IMG/VR virus record: IMGVR_UViG_2767802080_000001
Location: 25,770 to 89,769 of that record
Direction: 5' to 3' (one strand)
From: a virus
Taxonomy: Duplodnaviria; Caudoviricetes
DNA length: 64,000 bases
The position numbers were made by a program, and so were the translations under genes. How positions within the stretch are numbered: position 1 is the first letter of the stretch; each line of letters starts with the position of its first letter. This document shows, piece by piece, positions 1-8,954 of this stretch. Below the pieces are notes generated by a model, which worked only from the letters and a program-made list of their open reading frames with translations, was not told where the DNA came from and did not search any database.

Positions 1-120
1 CGCCGACGACATCTGCGCCGTCCTCCGCCATCTCGACGCCCACCGGGTGCCGCACCCGCGCCGCCCCAACATCCACACCGTGGCGCACCTGCTGCCGCCC
101 TACCAGGAAGGCCACCGACG

Positions 121-930
121 GTGACCCCCGGCCCGCACGAGCGCCTGATCCGCCGCTACCTCAACGCGATGGATGCCCGCCCCGTTGGCCACAGCGCCCC
201 CCAGCCGGAGGGTGCCCCGGACCCCGAGCCGCCCGCGGCGCCACCCGCCACAGGCCCCGCTCCCGGCCCGGCGACGACGGACCGGATTCCTCCCTGGTGG
301 GCGCCCAAGCCGCCCCTCAGCGCGGAGCCGCCGGGGGAGCAGCACGAGGAGGTGGCCAAGGAGGGCGCCCCCGCGTGCAGCCACCCGGAGCCGCACCCGG
401 TCCGCGCCCGCCCCACGGGGGAGCTCGTCGCCTACTGGTGCAGCGACTGCGAAACCCAGCTCGAAGTCCCCGACGGCTACACCGACGACGAGGACCAGGG
501 CGACGAGACGGCCGACGGCCGGGTTCCCGCCCTCCTCCGCCGTCACTGGACCCTCCGAGGCTCCGGCAAGACCTACCGCCGCCCCTCCTACCGCAAGCCC
601 AGGCCCGCCCCCCGGCAGTCGCTGATCGACTGGTGGCAGGGCCTGGACCGGCGCACCTGCTGGTTCCTCTACAACGGCACCGCGATCACCGCCGGGTTCG
701 CCCTCGGCGTCCCGCAGTGGTTCACCGCCGAGACCGCGTACCTCGCTGCAACCAGCGACTCGTGGACCGATCCGGGCGCCTTCGCGGGCTACGTCATCAC
801 CCTCGGCGTCTGGATGTGGGACTACCGGACCCGCGGCTGGATCCCGCCCTTCGCCCTGCCCGCCCGCATCCCCCTCGCCTCCCTCCTCGTCGGTGTCCCC
901 CTGTACGGCACCGACGTCATCCCGGCCTGA
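121..930 (+). CDS. Membrane protein with Pro-rich N-terminus and Cys/His motif (plasmid spread-like)
   Basis: 269 aa; CxH..CxxC motif, C-terminal hydrophobic helices; GTGA overlap with an upstream partial ORF ending at 124. Confidence 0.6.
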   Translation: MTPGPHERLIRRYLNAMDARPVGHSAPQPEGAPDPEPPAAPPATGPAPGPATTDRIPPWWAPKPPLSAEPPGEQHEEVAKEGAPACSHPEPHPVRARPTGELVAYWCSDCETQLEVPDGYTDDEDQGDETADGRVPALLRRHWTLRGSGKTYRRPSYRKPRPAPRQSLIDWWQGLDRRTCWFLYNGTAITAGFALGVPQWFTAETAYLAATSDSWTDPGAFAGYVITLGVWMWDYRTRGWIPPFALPARIPLASLLVGVPLYGTDVIPA

Positions 931-947
931 TCCCGAAAGGACCAGTT

Positions 948-1358
948 GTGAGTCTCATCGGCACCGTCGGCCCCTTCGGGCTCGCCGCCATCCTCTCCGC
1001 CATCCTCTTCTTCGGCACGGCAGACGGAGGGGGGCACATCAAGTCGCTCTCCTGGGGATGGTGCCTCTTGCTGTCCCTGGTGGCGGGCGCCTCCTTCGCC
1101 GTCGCCGACTGGCCGTTCTCCATCGTCAATGCCGTGGTTCACGACATCGTCGGCCTGATCACCGCAGCGTTCCCGAAGCTGACGCTCGCCGCCCTCGGCG
1201 TCATCATGATCGTGATGGCTCTGTGGAAGAAGATGACCCTGCGGGGCGTCTCCATGATGGGCATCACCTACTGGTATGTGGCCTCCCACGCGGGCGGCGG
1301 CCAGGGCGTGCTCGCCGACAGGATTGCCGACATCGCTGAGCGGATCGCCAGCTCATGA
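948..1358 (+). CDS. Multi-pass membrane protein (Spd-like)
   Basis: GTG 948 after AAGGA; several hydrophobic segments; overlaps next gene (ATGA). Confidence 0.65.
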   Translation: MSLIGTVGPFGLAAILSAILFFGTADGGGHIKSLSWGWCLLLSLVAGASFAVADWPFSIVNAVVHDIVGLITAAFPKLTLAALGVIMIVMALWKKMTLRGVSMMGITYWYVASHAGGGQGVLADRIADIAERIASS

Positions 1359-2422
1359 CCGAGCCCGGCGCGGCCGGTGACGAGCAGCCGACTGCGGGTG
1401 AGCCGCCGGCATGCGCCCCGCAGGGCGACGCCGAGCACGACGAGGACCAGGCGTACGACGGCGGCGAGGCAGGGGAGGAGCCTCGCCGCCGCGCGTTCGC
1501 CATGCCCGACCTGCGCCCCTACGCCGACCCGCGCCCCCTCGCCGAACTGGGGCCTCTCGCCGTCGAGGCCTGCCAGAGTCCGTCCATCCGCATCTTCCTG
1601 CGCGTCTGTGGCCTCGGCGTGTACCGGCTTCTGGCGGTCATCTTCGGATGGGTCTTCGGCCGCATCGGCAAACGCGGCAGCGTCGGAGCCCGCCTTGCCG
1701 CCACCGGGTTCATCGCCTACGCCCTGGCCCGAGCGCCCCTCTCCCACCCCGTGGCCGTCCCTGCGGTGTGCGCCGCCGTGGCCCTGGCCGTCGTCCTGGC
1801 GGGCACTGGCCGCCTCCCCCTCCCCACCATCGCCCCCGGCCCCAAGGGGGGTGTGAGCAAGGTCAAGTCGAAGCGTTCCATCACCGTGAGGTTCGGCGGC
1901 AGCCTCTGGCGCCGCACGACCGCCCCCGAAGCGCCCTCCGCCGACACCCCGCCGCAGGCCCCCGGCACGCCCCCCGCAGACCAGGCTGCGGACGTCGACA
2001 AGGCCCCCGTCCCCGACCCCTCTCCAGAGGCCGTGATCCGCGCCCTGCACCGGCTCGTGGGAGAGGGCCGGGGAGTGCTCCACACCACCCTGCGCGACCA
2101 CCTCGCCCTACCCGACACCCGGGCCCTGAAGAGGGTGCTGGAACGGGATCAGATCCCCTCCCGCCCAGGGGTGCGCGCGGCGGCCGGGAACGGGCCCGGC
2201 GTACACCGCGACGACTTCCCGCCCCTCCCCCCTCTCCAGGAGCCACCCCAGGGAACCGGTGTTGTTGCAGGCCAGCAGCCAACGCCAACGCCAACAACGC
2301 CGCCAACGGAGCAGGGAGAGGGGGCGGTGCCGTGGACCGAGGAAGAGCGGAGGATGGGGCGCCGACTCGTCCGCGCCCCCCACGAAGGGCCTGCCGCGTG
2401 GAAGGTCGAACGTCTTTCCTGA
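1355..2422 (+). CDS. Membrane-anchored hypothetical protein (plasmid transfer/spread region-like)
   Basis: 355 aa; two TM segments, Pro-rich linker, C-terminal GPGVHRDD-type segment. Confidence 0.6.
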   Translation: MTEPGAAGDEQPTAGEPPACAPQGDAEHDEDQAYDGGEAGEEPRRRAFAMPDLRPYADPRPLAELGPLAVEACQSPSIRIFLRVCGLGVYRLLAVIFGWVFGRIGKRGSVGARLAATGFIAYALARAPLSHPVAVPAVCAAVALAVVLAGTGRLPLPTIAPGPKGGVSKVKSKRSITVRFGGSLWRRTTAPEAPSADTPPQAPGTPPADQAADVDKAPVPDPSPEAVIRALHRLVGEGRGVLHTTLRDHLALPDTRALKRVLERDQIPSRPGVRAAAGNGPGVHRDDFPPLPPLQEPPQGTGVVAGQQPTPTPTTPPTEQGEGAVPWTEEERRMGRRLVRAPHEGPAAWKVERLS

Positions 2423-2516
2423 ACGAGCAGCCCGCGACGGGTCGTGACGAGGCAGGTACAGAGAGGCGCCATATCGAGCATCATGGAGCCGGTCTGAAAT
2501 AAGGGAGGGGTCGGGT

Positions 2517-2759
2517 ATGAGCTACCGCTACCGGTGCGACCAGTGCCGCACCACGTCGCCCCCCGTGCTCACCCGCGGAGCGCTCGCCGACGAGCGCAGA
2601 GTCCACCGCCGCCAGTTCCACGGCGGACACATCCCCGACGGCGAGCGCGTCATCGAGCCGGAGCCCTTCCGCTTCACCGACGTCCCCGTGGGGCAGCTGA
2701 TCGTCGGCACCTTCATGATCGTCATCGTCCTGGCCGGAATCATGGCCCGCATCCTCTGA
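2517..2759 (+). CDS. Small Zn-finger membrane protein
   Basis: CxxC..H..H motif plus C-terminal TM helix; GGGAGGGG RBS. Confidence 0.65.
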   Translation: MSYRYRCDQCRTTSPPVLTRGALADERRVHRRQFHGGHIPDGERVIEPEPFRFTDVPVGQLIVGTFMIVIVLAGIMARIL

Positions 2760-2788
2760 CCGCCTGCCCAGCCCTCAAGGAGAGCACC

Positions 2789-3217
2789 ATGACGACGATG
2801 TGGCGGGGGCCCGACGGGCACCACTGGGAAGAGGCGGGCCAGGAATTCGACGCGGACGCGAGCGAATGGATCACCCACCTCGCGCCCGCAGCGCAGGACT
2901 CTGAGACCGGCCGCTGGGCCAGCACGGAATGCGGCGCGCCTATCCAGGTCCGTGGCGATCTCGGACGGGCCGGATACACCGAGGTGTCCGCTGACCCGCT
3001 CGCCGAGCCACGCGTCGCCCGTCTCCACGCCCTCCTGGCCGAACTCCTCGCCGACTATCACCAGCGCACCGGAGCACCGCACCCGAACGCCACTCAGCTG
3101 CGCCTCTCCTTCGAGGACGTGGCCGCCCTCCCCGAGCAGCTCCGGAACATCGGCCGCGCCACGGCCCGGCAGGCGGCCAGCTCTGGTTACAACCGCGGCG
3201 CCCGCGGTCGACGCTGA
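2789..3217 (+). CDS. Hypothetical protein
   Basis: ATG 2789 after AAGGAG; high GC3. Confidence 0.55.
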   Translation: MTTMWRGPDGHHWEEAGQEFDADASEWITHLAPAAQDSETGRWASTECGAPIQVRGDLGRAGYTEVSADPLAEPRVARLHALLAELLADYHQRTGAPHPNATQLRLSFEDVAALPEQLRNIGRATARQAASSGYNRGARGRR

Positions 3218-3342
3218 ATACTGGCTCATGGGGAGCGTGAACGATCCCGGCGCTGCCCTGGCGGGCGAGGTGGTCGCCCGCCTCGATACGGCCGGGGATC
3301 TCGCCGCGGTGCGGGCGGCATGCCGGCGGTCCGAGCTCGCTA

Positions 3343-3627
3343 TCAGCTCGCCTTGGGCGCAGGCTTCCTTGGCTTCCGGGGCGCGTTCTTCCCGACCGTC
3401 GGCTTCCTCTTCAGCGGGACGTCGTGCGCCCGGGCGATCTGGCGCAGGGTCTCGTCGGTCCACGGCACGTGCCGTGCCATGACGGTCACGCTGACGTCTG
3501 GATTGGCCTTGAGGTCGGCGGCGACGGCGGCGTGCGCCTTCGCGCGGCACTCATCCACCAGCGCCTGCGCCTTTTTGAGGTCGGCCAGTGCGTCCGTCAG
3601 GTCCTGGCTCGGCGTGTAGTCGGTCAT
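3343..3627 (-). CDS. Small HTH repressor (coiled coil + HTH, pIJ101 KorB-like architecture)
   Basis: 94 aa MTDYTPSQ...; HTH-like VSVTVMARHVPWTDETLRQIAR; divergent from an operator-bearing promoter; likely leaderless. Confidence 0.65.
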   Translation of the reverse strand: MTDYTPSQDLTDALADLKKAQALVDECRAKAHAAVAADLKANPDVSVTVMARHVPWTDETLRQIARAHDVPLKRKPTVGKNAPRKPRKPAPKAS

Positions 3628-3650
3628 GCCCGCAGTCTTACACAAGTGGA

Positions 3651-3751
3651 CTTGGCCAAGGAAGCCTGCGCAGTGCGCGCCCGGGCGTGCCGCATCCATG
3701 AGGCAACACGGTTTGGCCAACTTGACTTGGCCAAGCCGTGTTGGTTAATGT
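3651..3751. promoter_or_regulatory. Divergent promoter region: TTGACT-18-TAATGT with TTGGCCAA palindromic operators
   Basis: Operators at 3651-3660, 3713-3720, 3726-3735; -35 at 3722-3727, -10 at 3746-3751. Confidence 0.8.
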
Positions 3752-3799
3752 CTCTGTGTCAGCCGGGCACCAGCCCGGCAAGGGCCACAGGAGGCACGC

Positions 3800-5026
3800 A
3801 TGACGCAGTCCCCCGCCACGACCGAGCAGTCGCAGCCGCCGGTCATTCGTGTCGCGGTCCGCGCGTACAGGAAGCCCCACAGCGGGATCACGGAACTCCG
3901 GGCCCTGATTCACGTCGCCTGCGAATGCCGCGTCGCGGCCACTCTCGTAGGGGCGCACGACACCATCGCCGCCGCCAAGGAGCAGGCGAAGGCCAAGGCT
4001 CACGGATACAACTTCTGCAGCAAGTCCCTGGCGGCCAGCGACGCCGACCTGAAGCGGCTCGGGCTCGCCAGGGAAGAGCCTGCCGCCGCCGCCGAGTCCC
4101 CCCTTCCGGATGGGCCGGAGTGGCGCACCCTGAAGGGCGTGGCCACCCCCTTCAGGCTGTACGGGGAGGAGGGTGAGGGAGGCGCCTTCCGTCCGGCGGG
4201 CGACCGTAAGCAGGTGACCGGGCGGCCGCTCACCATCACCCGCCTGGAGATGCGCGGCAGCGTCCGCTACGGCACGGACGAGAACGGCCGGGAGGTGTAT
4301 CTCTGGGGCGCTGCCGCCAAGTTCTGGGTCCTGCCCGGCGCCCCGGCGGCCGCGCCTGCCGCGACGGCCACGCAGGAACCTGCGGCCGGAGCCGGTCGCC
4401 CCCTGGAGGGCGTCGTCGTCACCCATGACGGCACCGCTCAGGGCTGCGCACCACGGAACGCCGACCATCCCGACGTCGTTGCCGCCCGCCAGGCCCTCGA
4501 CGGCCTCGCTGTCGCCACCCTCACCGACCGTCACGACCTCGTGGAGCCCGAGGAGGGCGAGCGCCACGTACGCGGCTACGTCGTCGATCCGCGCACGGCC
4601 GGGCGCGTGGCCGTGTACTGGCTGGAAGGGGGCCGGGCCGTGCGATACAGCGAGCCCCTCAGCGGCGTCGCCCTCGACTGCCTGGCGGACCGGCTCCGCT
4701 CCCGGGGATGGGTGACGGAGACGATGCTGCGCTCCTCTCTGTGCGTGTTCGCCCATCGGCCTGAAGAGCAGATGCCTACCTCGGCTCAGGCGCGGGCCCG
4801 GCGGGCCGTTCTGCACGTGCACCCGAATGCGCACTCCCTCCAGTCCTTCCACTGGCCCGACGGCGTGCGTGCCGGATGGACCTTCCGCGTCAACCGCGGC
4901 GCTACGGCACGGTACGGAGTCGTCACCGCCGACGCCGGTATCGCCCCTGTCGGCCTTCACGAGTACGCCACCACTGCCGAGCGCGCCTTCTGGCAGTCCG
5001 TGCGCAGGGCCGACGGCACGGCGTAG
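3800..5026 (+). CDS. Multidomain hypothetical protein (first gene of operator-controlled unit)
   Basis: 408 aa; AGGAGG RBS; high GC3. Confidence 0.75.
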   Translation: MTQSPATTEQSQPPVIRVAVRAYRKPHSGITELRALIHVACECRVAATLVGAHDTIAAAKEQAKAKAHGYNFCSKSLAASDADLKRLGLAREEPAAAAESPLPDGPEWRTLKGVATPFRLYGEEGEGGAFRPAGDRKQVTGRPLTITRLEMRGSVRYGTDENGREVYLWGAAAKFWVLPGAPAAAPAATATQEPAAGAGRPLEGVVVTHDGTAQGCAPRNADHPDVVAARQALDGLAVATLTDRHDLVEPEEGERHVRGYVVDPRTAGRVAVYWLEGGRAVRYSEPLSGVALDCLADRLRSRGWVTETMLRSSLCVFAHRPEEQMPTSAQARARRAVLHVHPNAHSLQSFHWPDGVRAGWTFRVNRGATARYGVVTADAGIAPVGLHEYATTAERAFWQSVRRADGTA

Positions 5027-5041
5027 CGGCCGCCCTCGCTG

Positions 5042-5073
5042 GCGCCCCGTCCCCGGGTGTGGGGGCGGGGCGC
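5042..5073 (+). terminator. GC-rich stem-loop
   Basis: gcgccccgtcccc...ggggcggggcgc just after the stop at 5026. Confidence 0.55.
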
Positions 5074-5129
5074 TTCGTCGTTCTGCCCCTCATCTGCGGT
5101 CCCTGCCGCGACACGCTAGACCAAATCTG

Positions 5130-5169
5130 CTTGGCCAAGTTGACTTGGCCAAGTTGAGTTGGTTAACGT
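5130..5169 (+). promoter_or_regulatory. Promoter TTGACT-18-TAACGT with two CTTGGCCAAG operators
   Basis: Operators at 5130-5139 and 5144-5153 (14-bp period); -35 5140-5145, -10 5164-5169. Confidence 0.8.
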
Positions 5170-5221
5170 GTGGGGTGTCAGGACGGGCGAGGGCCCGTCA
5201 CTACGACGGAGGGACAGTGCG

Positions 5222-5989
5222 ATGACCGGCACCATCAAGTCCGCCCGCCTCATGGCTCAGCTCGCCGAGGCCGAGGAGACGGCGGCCGCCGCCCGCCGCG
5301 AGGAGTCCCGCACCGCCCGCCAGGCCGAGCGCGCCGCCGCCCGCACCAAGGCGGCCCGCGCCCGCCTCACGGAGGCCCGCAAGGCGCTGCGCGCCGCCGA
5401 GCGCGCCGGGCGCCGCGTGGCAGCCGCCCGCCGCACCGTCGCCGCCCGCGAGGCCAAGCTGGCCGACCTCGCCGCCACCGCCCGCGCCCTGAAGGGCGAG
5501 GCCACCACCGCCCGCCGCGAGACCCGCCGCGCCGAGCGCCGACTCACCCGCCTGGGCCTGCGCACCGCCGTCGCCGCCTCCCGCACCGTCGAGAAGATCT
5601 CCCGCCGCCTCGGCGAGACGTCCCTCACCCCGGCCCCGGAGGCCGACCGCGTCCTGGACGCCGACGAGCTCCCCGCCGTCGAAGAGATCGAGGCCCACGC
5701 CCTGCGCCACGCCGACATGGACCGGCAGGCCAAGGACTTCGCGAAGGCCGCCGACGCCGAGAAGACGTGGCTGCGCACCCTCCCCTCCGGCATCTACGGC
5801 CGCGTGATCATCACCCGCACCCCCGGCCGGTCGGTGCTCGACAACACCCAGGTCGCCCTGGACTACGCGGCCCGCGGCCTCGCCGCCCCGCGCAAGTCCA
5901 CCCGCACCACGTTCAAGGCCGACGCCACCCAGCTGGTCGCCGACTTCAACAACGGCCGCGCCGACTTCCCCCGCACCCTCGCCGCCTGA
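5222..5989 (+). CDS. Ala/Arg-rich coiled-coil protein
   Basis: ATG 5222 after GGAGGG; long helical N-terminus. Confidence 0.75.
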   Translation: MTGTIKSARLMAQLAEAEETAAAARREESRTARQAERAAARTKAARARLTEARKALRAAERAGRRVAAARRTVAAREAKLADLAATARALKGEATTARRETRRAERRLTRLGLRTAVAASRTVEKISRRLGETSLTPAPEADRVLDADELPAVEEIEAHALRHADMDRQAKDFAKAADAEKTWLRTLPSGIYGRVIITRTPGRSVLDNTQVALDYAARGLAAPRKSTRTTFKADATQLVADFNNGRADFPRTLAA

Positions 5990-6047
5990 CCCCTCGCCAG
6001 CCCGGCCGGGCGCAGCAGGCGCCCGGCCCCGCCCCTCCGGAGAAGCC

Positions 6048-6296
6048 GTGTTCCGCATGCTCCTCATCCGCCCCGGACAGTCCCCGGAGCCCCGCCAGGG
6101 CGAGACCTGCGCAGACGTCCGCACCGCCCTGTGGGACCTGCTCGACTCGCAGGACGTGCAGATCACCGACACGGACACAGGCCGCCTCGTCGCCCTCGTC
6201 GTGGCCGCCTGCTCACAGGCCGAGAGGGACGGCTTCGCCGCCCTCCAACTGGACGGCGGGGCCGCGCTCACGCTGCGCACCACCGCGACCCTCTGA
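6048..6296 (+). CDS. Small hypothetical protein (paralog of 6340-6570)
   Basis: Starts MFRMLLIRPGQ..GETxADV. Confidence 0.7.
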   Translation: MFRMLLIRPGQSPEPRQGETCADVRTALWDLLDSQDVQITDTDTGRLVALVVAACSQAERDGFAALQLDGGAALTLRTTATL

Positions 6297-6339
6297 CCCG
6301 CCGGTTCCCGCCCGCACCGCCACGACCACGGAGCCCGCC

Positions 6340-6570
6340 ATGTACCGCATGATCCTCATCCGCCCCGGACAGCCCATGCAGTGCCGCACCGGCGAGACCC
6401 CCGCCGACGTCCAGCGTGCCTACGTGGACCTCCTCACCTCGCAGGGCATCGGCGTCATCGGCGCCCACACGGTCCGCCTCAAGGCCCTCATGGCCGACTC
6501 CCGCGCCCGCGGCTCGGCCGCCCTGAAGTTCGGCGGCGGCATCTCCCTCGTCCTGCACACCGAACGCTGA
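6340..6570 (+). CDS. Small hypothetical protein (paralog of 6048-6296)
   Basis: Starts MYRMILIRPGQ..GETPADV; GGAG RBS. Confidence 0.7.
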   Translation: MYRMILIRPGQPMQCRTGETPADVQRAYVDLLTSQGIGVIGAHTVRLKALMADSRARGSAALKFGGGISLVLHTER

Positions 6571-6611
6571 CTCGCCCCACCCGGCCCCAACATCAAGAAA
6601 CGGAGCACCTC

Positions 6612-7310
6612 ATGAGCAAGTACATCGCCACCCCCCACGTCGCCACCGCGCTGAAGGACCGGCTCACCCGGGAGTTCCCCGGCGTCCGCTTCCGGGTCAC
6701 CACCGCCACAGGGGGCAACTCCGTCATCCGCGTCAACTACGAAGACGGCCCCGCTGCCAGCGCCGTCCGCCGGATCACCAGCGAGTACGAGGGCTTGTGC
6801 TGGAACGGCGTCCAGCACGAGGCCACCGGCAGCACCCTCACGGTCACCCTCGACCATGAGGAGGTCACGGGCGAACCCCTCTGTGCCGGAGTCGACATCC
6901 AGCGCTTCATCTCACTGAGCGCCATCCAGGAGGCCCGACACCTCTGGACGGAGGCGACCGGCGAGGACTACGACGAGGCCGGGTTCACCGACCCCCTCGC
7001 CATCAAGGGGCGGGACGTTCCGGCTGGATACCCCACGCGGCAGATCGCCTTCATCGCACGCGAGATCGTCCTCGTCGACCGCTGGCAGACCTCCCTGCGA
7101 GCACGCCGGGAGGACGCTAAGGCCGCCGACTCCCCCCAGCCCCCTGCCGCTGACAAGGACCTCGTGCCTGCCGAGCAGGGCGCGCCGCAGGCGTACCGCG
7201 GGGTCCCCGTCCCCGAGCACCTGGCCGCTGCGTGGGACACCGCCAGCGCCTCCATCTGGCGCGACGGCGTCGACGCCGCCCTCACCTATGCCGCCCTCGC
7301 CAAGTCCTGA
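6612..7310 (+). CDS. LPD29-like (large polyvalent protein-associated domain) protein
   Basis: LKxxLxxxFPGVRFRV..IRVNYEDGP motif typical of LPD29. Confidence 0.6.
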   Translation: MSKYIATPHVATALKDRLTREFPGVRFRVTTATGGNSVIRVNYEDGPAASAVRRITSEYEGLCWNGVQHEATGSTLTVTLDHEEVTGEPLCAGVDIQRFISLSAIQEARHLWTEATGEDYDEAGFTDPLAIKGRDVPAGYPTRQIAFIAREIVLVDRWQTSLRARREDAKAADSPQPPAADKDLVPAEQGAPQAYRGVPVPEHLAAAWDTASASIWRDGVDAALTYAALAKS

Positions 7311-7371
7311 TACCTGCCTCTGCCGGGCGCCCTGCACGGCGCCCGGCCCCGCACCCGCCACTGGAGCCACC

Positions 7372-7740
7372 GTGCCTCTCCTCCCGCACAGCATCCCCGC
7401 CGCCGCCCGGGCCGCCCTCGTCGCCGCACTGGCCGCCTCCGGCCTGGAGCTGGACCCGCTGAAGCCGGGTGTGCGCATCACGCACACCGTCACCTCCCGC
7501 GACGTCACCTGGAGGCTGACCTACCTCGGCTCCATGGTGTGGGGCCTGACGGGCCCGAACGTCGAGCACGGCCTCGGCGTCTTCGCGGACGAGGCAGCCG
7601 CCCACATCGCGGCCTACGGCGCCCGCGACCTCACGTACCGGGGTGTCCCCGTACCGCCGGACATCGCCGACGCCTGGCAGGCCTACCCCGCAGAGGCCTG
7701 GCGCGGCGACGTCAACGCCACCCTGACCGACCCGTCCTGA
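7372..7740 (+). CDS. Hypothetical protein sharing a C-terminal YRGVPVP module with 6612-7310
   Basis: GTG 7372 after GGAG; YRGVPVP..AW..WR tail. Confidence 0.65.
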   Translation: MPLLPHSIPAAARAALVAALAASGLELDPLKPGVRITHTVTSRDVTWRLTYLGSMVWGLTGPNVEHGLGVFADEAAAHIAAYGARDLTYRGVPVPPDIADAWQAYPAEAWRGDVNATLTDPS

Positions 7741-7806
7741 CGCCCTGTCACACCCTCTCGGCCGGGCGCCCGCGCGACGCCCGGCCCGCACTCCAGGAGG
7801 ACCCCT

Positions 7807-7995
7807 ATGCCGGCATACGCCATCTATGGCATCTGCGCCCGCCGCGTCGAGGACGGGCAGCCGGGCGAGCTCCTCGCCTGCGCCTCGACCGACGACTTCG
7901 CCGAGCTCCAGGACCACCTCGCCGAGTTCGCCAGCGTGTACGCGGACCGCGACGACGTGATGCTCGACATCGACACGACGCTACCTGCCCCGTAG
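7807..7995 (+). CDS. Small acidic hypothetical protein
   Basis: 62 aa; AGGAGG RBS. Confidence 0.6.
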   Translation: MPAYAIYGICARRVEDGQPGELLACASTDDFAELQDHLAEFASVYADRDDVMLDIDTTLPAP

Positions 7996-8013
7996 TTGTT
8001 GACCTGCAGAAAA

Positions 8014-8066
8014 GTGGCCAAGTGAGCTTGGCCAACTTGACTTGGCCAAGCTCACTTGGGTAACGT
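8014..8066 (+). promoter_or_regulatory. Promoter TTGACT-18-TAACGT with three TGGCCAA operators
   Basis: Operators at ~8014-8022, 8027-8036, 8041-8050; -35 8037-8042, -10 8061-8066. Confidence 0.8.
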
Positions 8067-8115
8067 ACGAGGTGTTGGAAGGCACCACGCCCTCTCGGCC
8101 ACGAAGGAGCACGTC

Positions 8116-8868
8116 ATGCGTACCTACGCCACCGCCCAGATGATCGGCACCCGCAGCCACCAGTGCGACGCCACTGCCGTCCGCACCGGCGCCGACGGCG
8201 CCCGCGCCTATGTCCTCCTGGACGGCATCGGCTCCGACGACGACGTCCGCGACTGGACGCGCGCCGCAGCCCGCCACCTCGCCACGTGGGCCGCTCGCCG
8301 TGGTGACGCGGAGCAGGGTCTGCGCGCCCTCTACGCCGTGTACGCCAACGACCCGCGCCGCAACGAGCTGTTCATGTACCTGCCGTGCGCGGCCGCTGTG
8401 GTCGCCGTCGCCGCCCCCGGGAAGCCGCTCAAGGTCGCCTGGTGCGGCGACTCCCGCGCCTACCTCCTGCACGGCGGCATCGCCCGCCGCCTCACCGAGG
8501 ACCACAACCTCCGCCGCGTCTACCCGCCCACCGCGACCCGCCCGGAAGGCGGCAACCGCAACAGGATCACCAGCTACCTGGGAAGCCACCGGTCAGACGA
8601 GAACGTGAAGGCCCGGTACGGGCACCCGGCCATCGAGGCCGCCAGCGTCCCCCTCAACGGGCCGTGCCGCCTTCTCCTCGCCTCCGACGGCGCGTACGAG
8701 CCTCACGCGGACGCCGGAAACGACATCTACGCCGAGGCCGACGAGGACAAGCCCACGACCGCCGCGCGCGGCTTCGTCGCCACCGCCGTGGACGCCGCCC
8801 TGAAGGCCGAGCCCCAGTACCCCCACGCGGACAACGCCACCGTGCTGGTCGCCGACCTGACCCCCTGA
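8116..8868 (+). CDS. PP2C/PPM-family protein phosphatase
   Basis: Motifs QCDA, VLLDGIG, AWCGDSRAY, LTEDH, LLLASDG, DNAT. Confidence 0.85.
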   Translation: MRTYATAQMIGTRSHQCDATAVRTGADGARAYVLLDGIGSDDDVRDWTRAAARHLATWAARRGDAEQGLRALYAVYANDPRRNELFMYLPCAAAVVAVAAPGKPLKVAWCGDSRAYLLHGGIARRLTEDHNLRRVYPPTATRPEGGNRNRITSYLGSHRSDENVKARYGHPAIEAASVPLNGPCRLLLASDGAYEPHADAGNDIYAEADEDKPTTAARGFVATAVDAALKAEPQYPHADNATVLVADLTP

Positions 8869-8870
8869 CC

Positions 8871-8915
8871 TGTCCGGGGCCTGCCCGGACACCCCGTCCG
8901 GACAGGCCCCGGATA
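8871..8915. repeat. 20-bp imperfect inverted repeat containing GTCCGGAC
   Basis: tgtccggggcctgcccggac / gtccggacaggccccggata. Confidence 0.7.
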
Positions 8916-8954
8916 CCGCCCGGACCTCGATCAACCCGAAGAAAGGCGCCCTGC

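Noticed and set aside
2279-2307. CCAACG/CCAACA short repeats as iterons or a clt locus
   Set aside because: Short and explained by a Pro/Thr linker in the coding frame.
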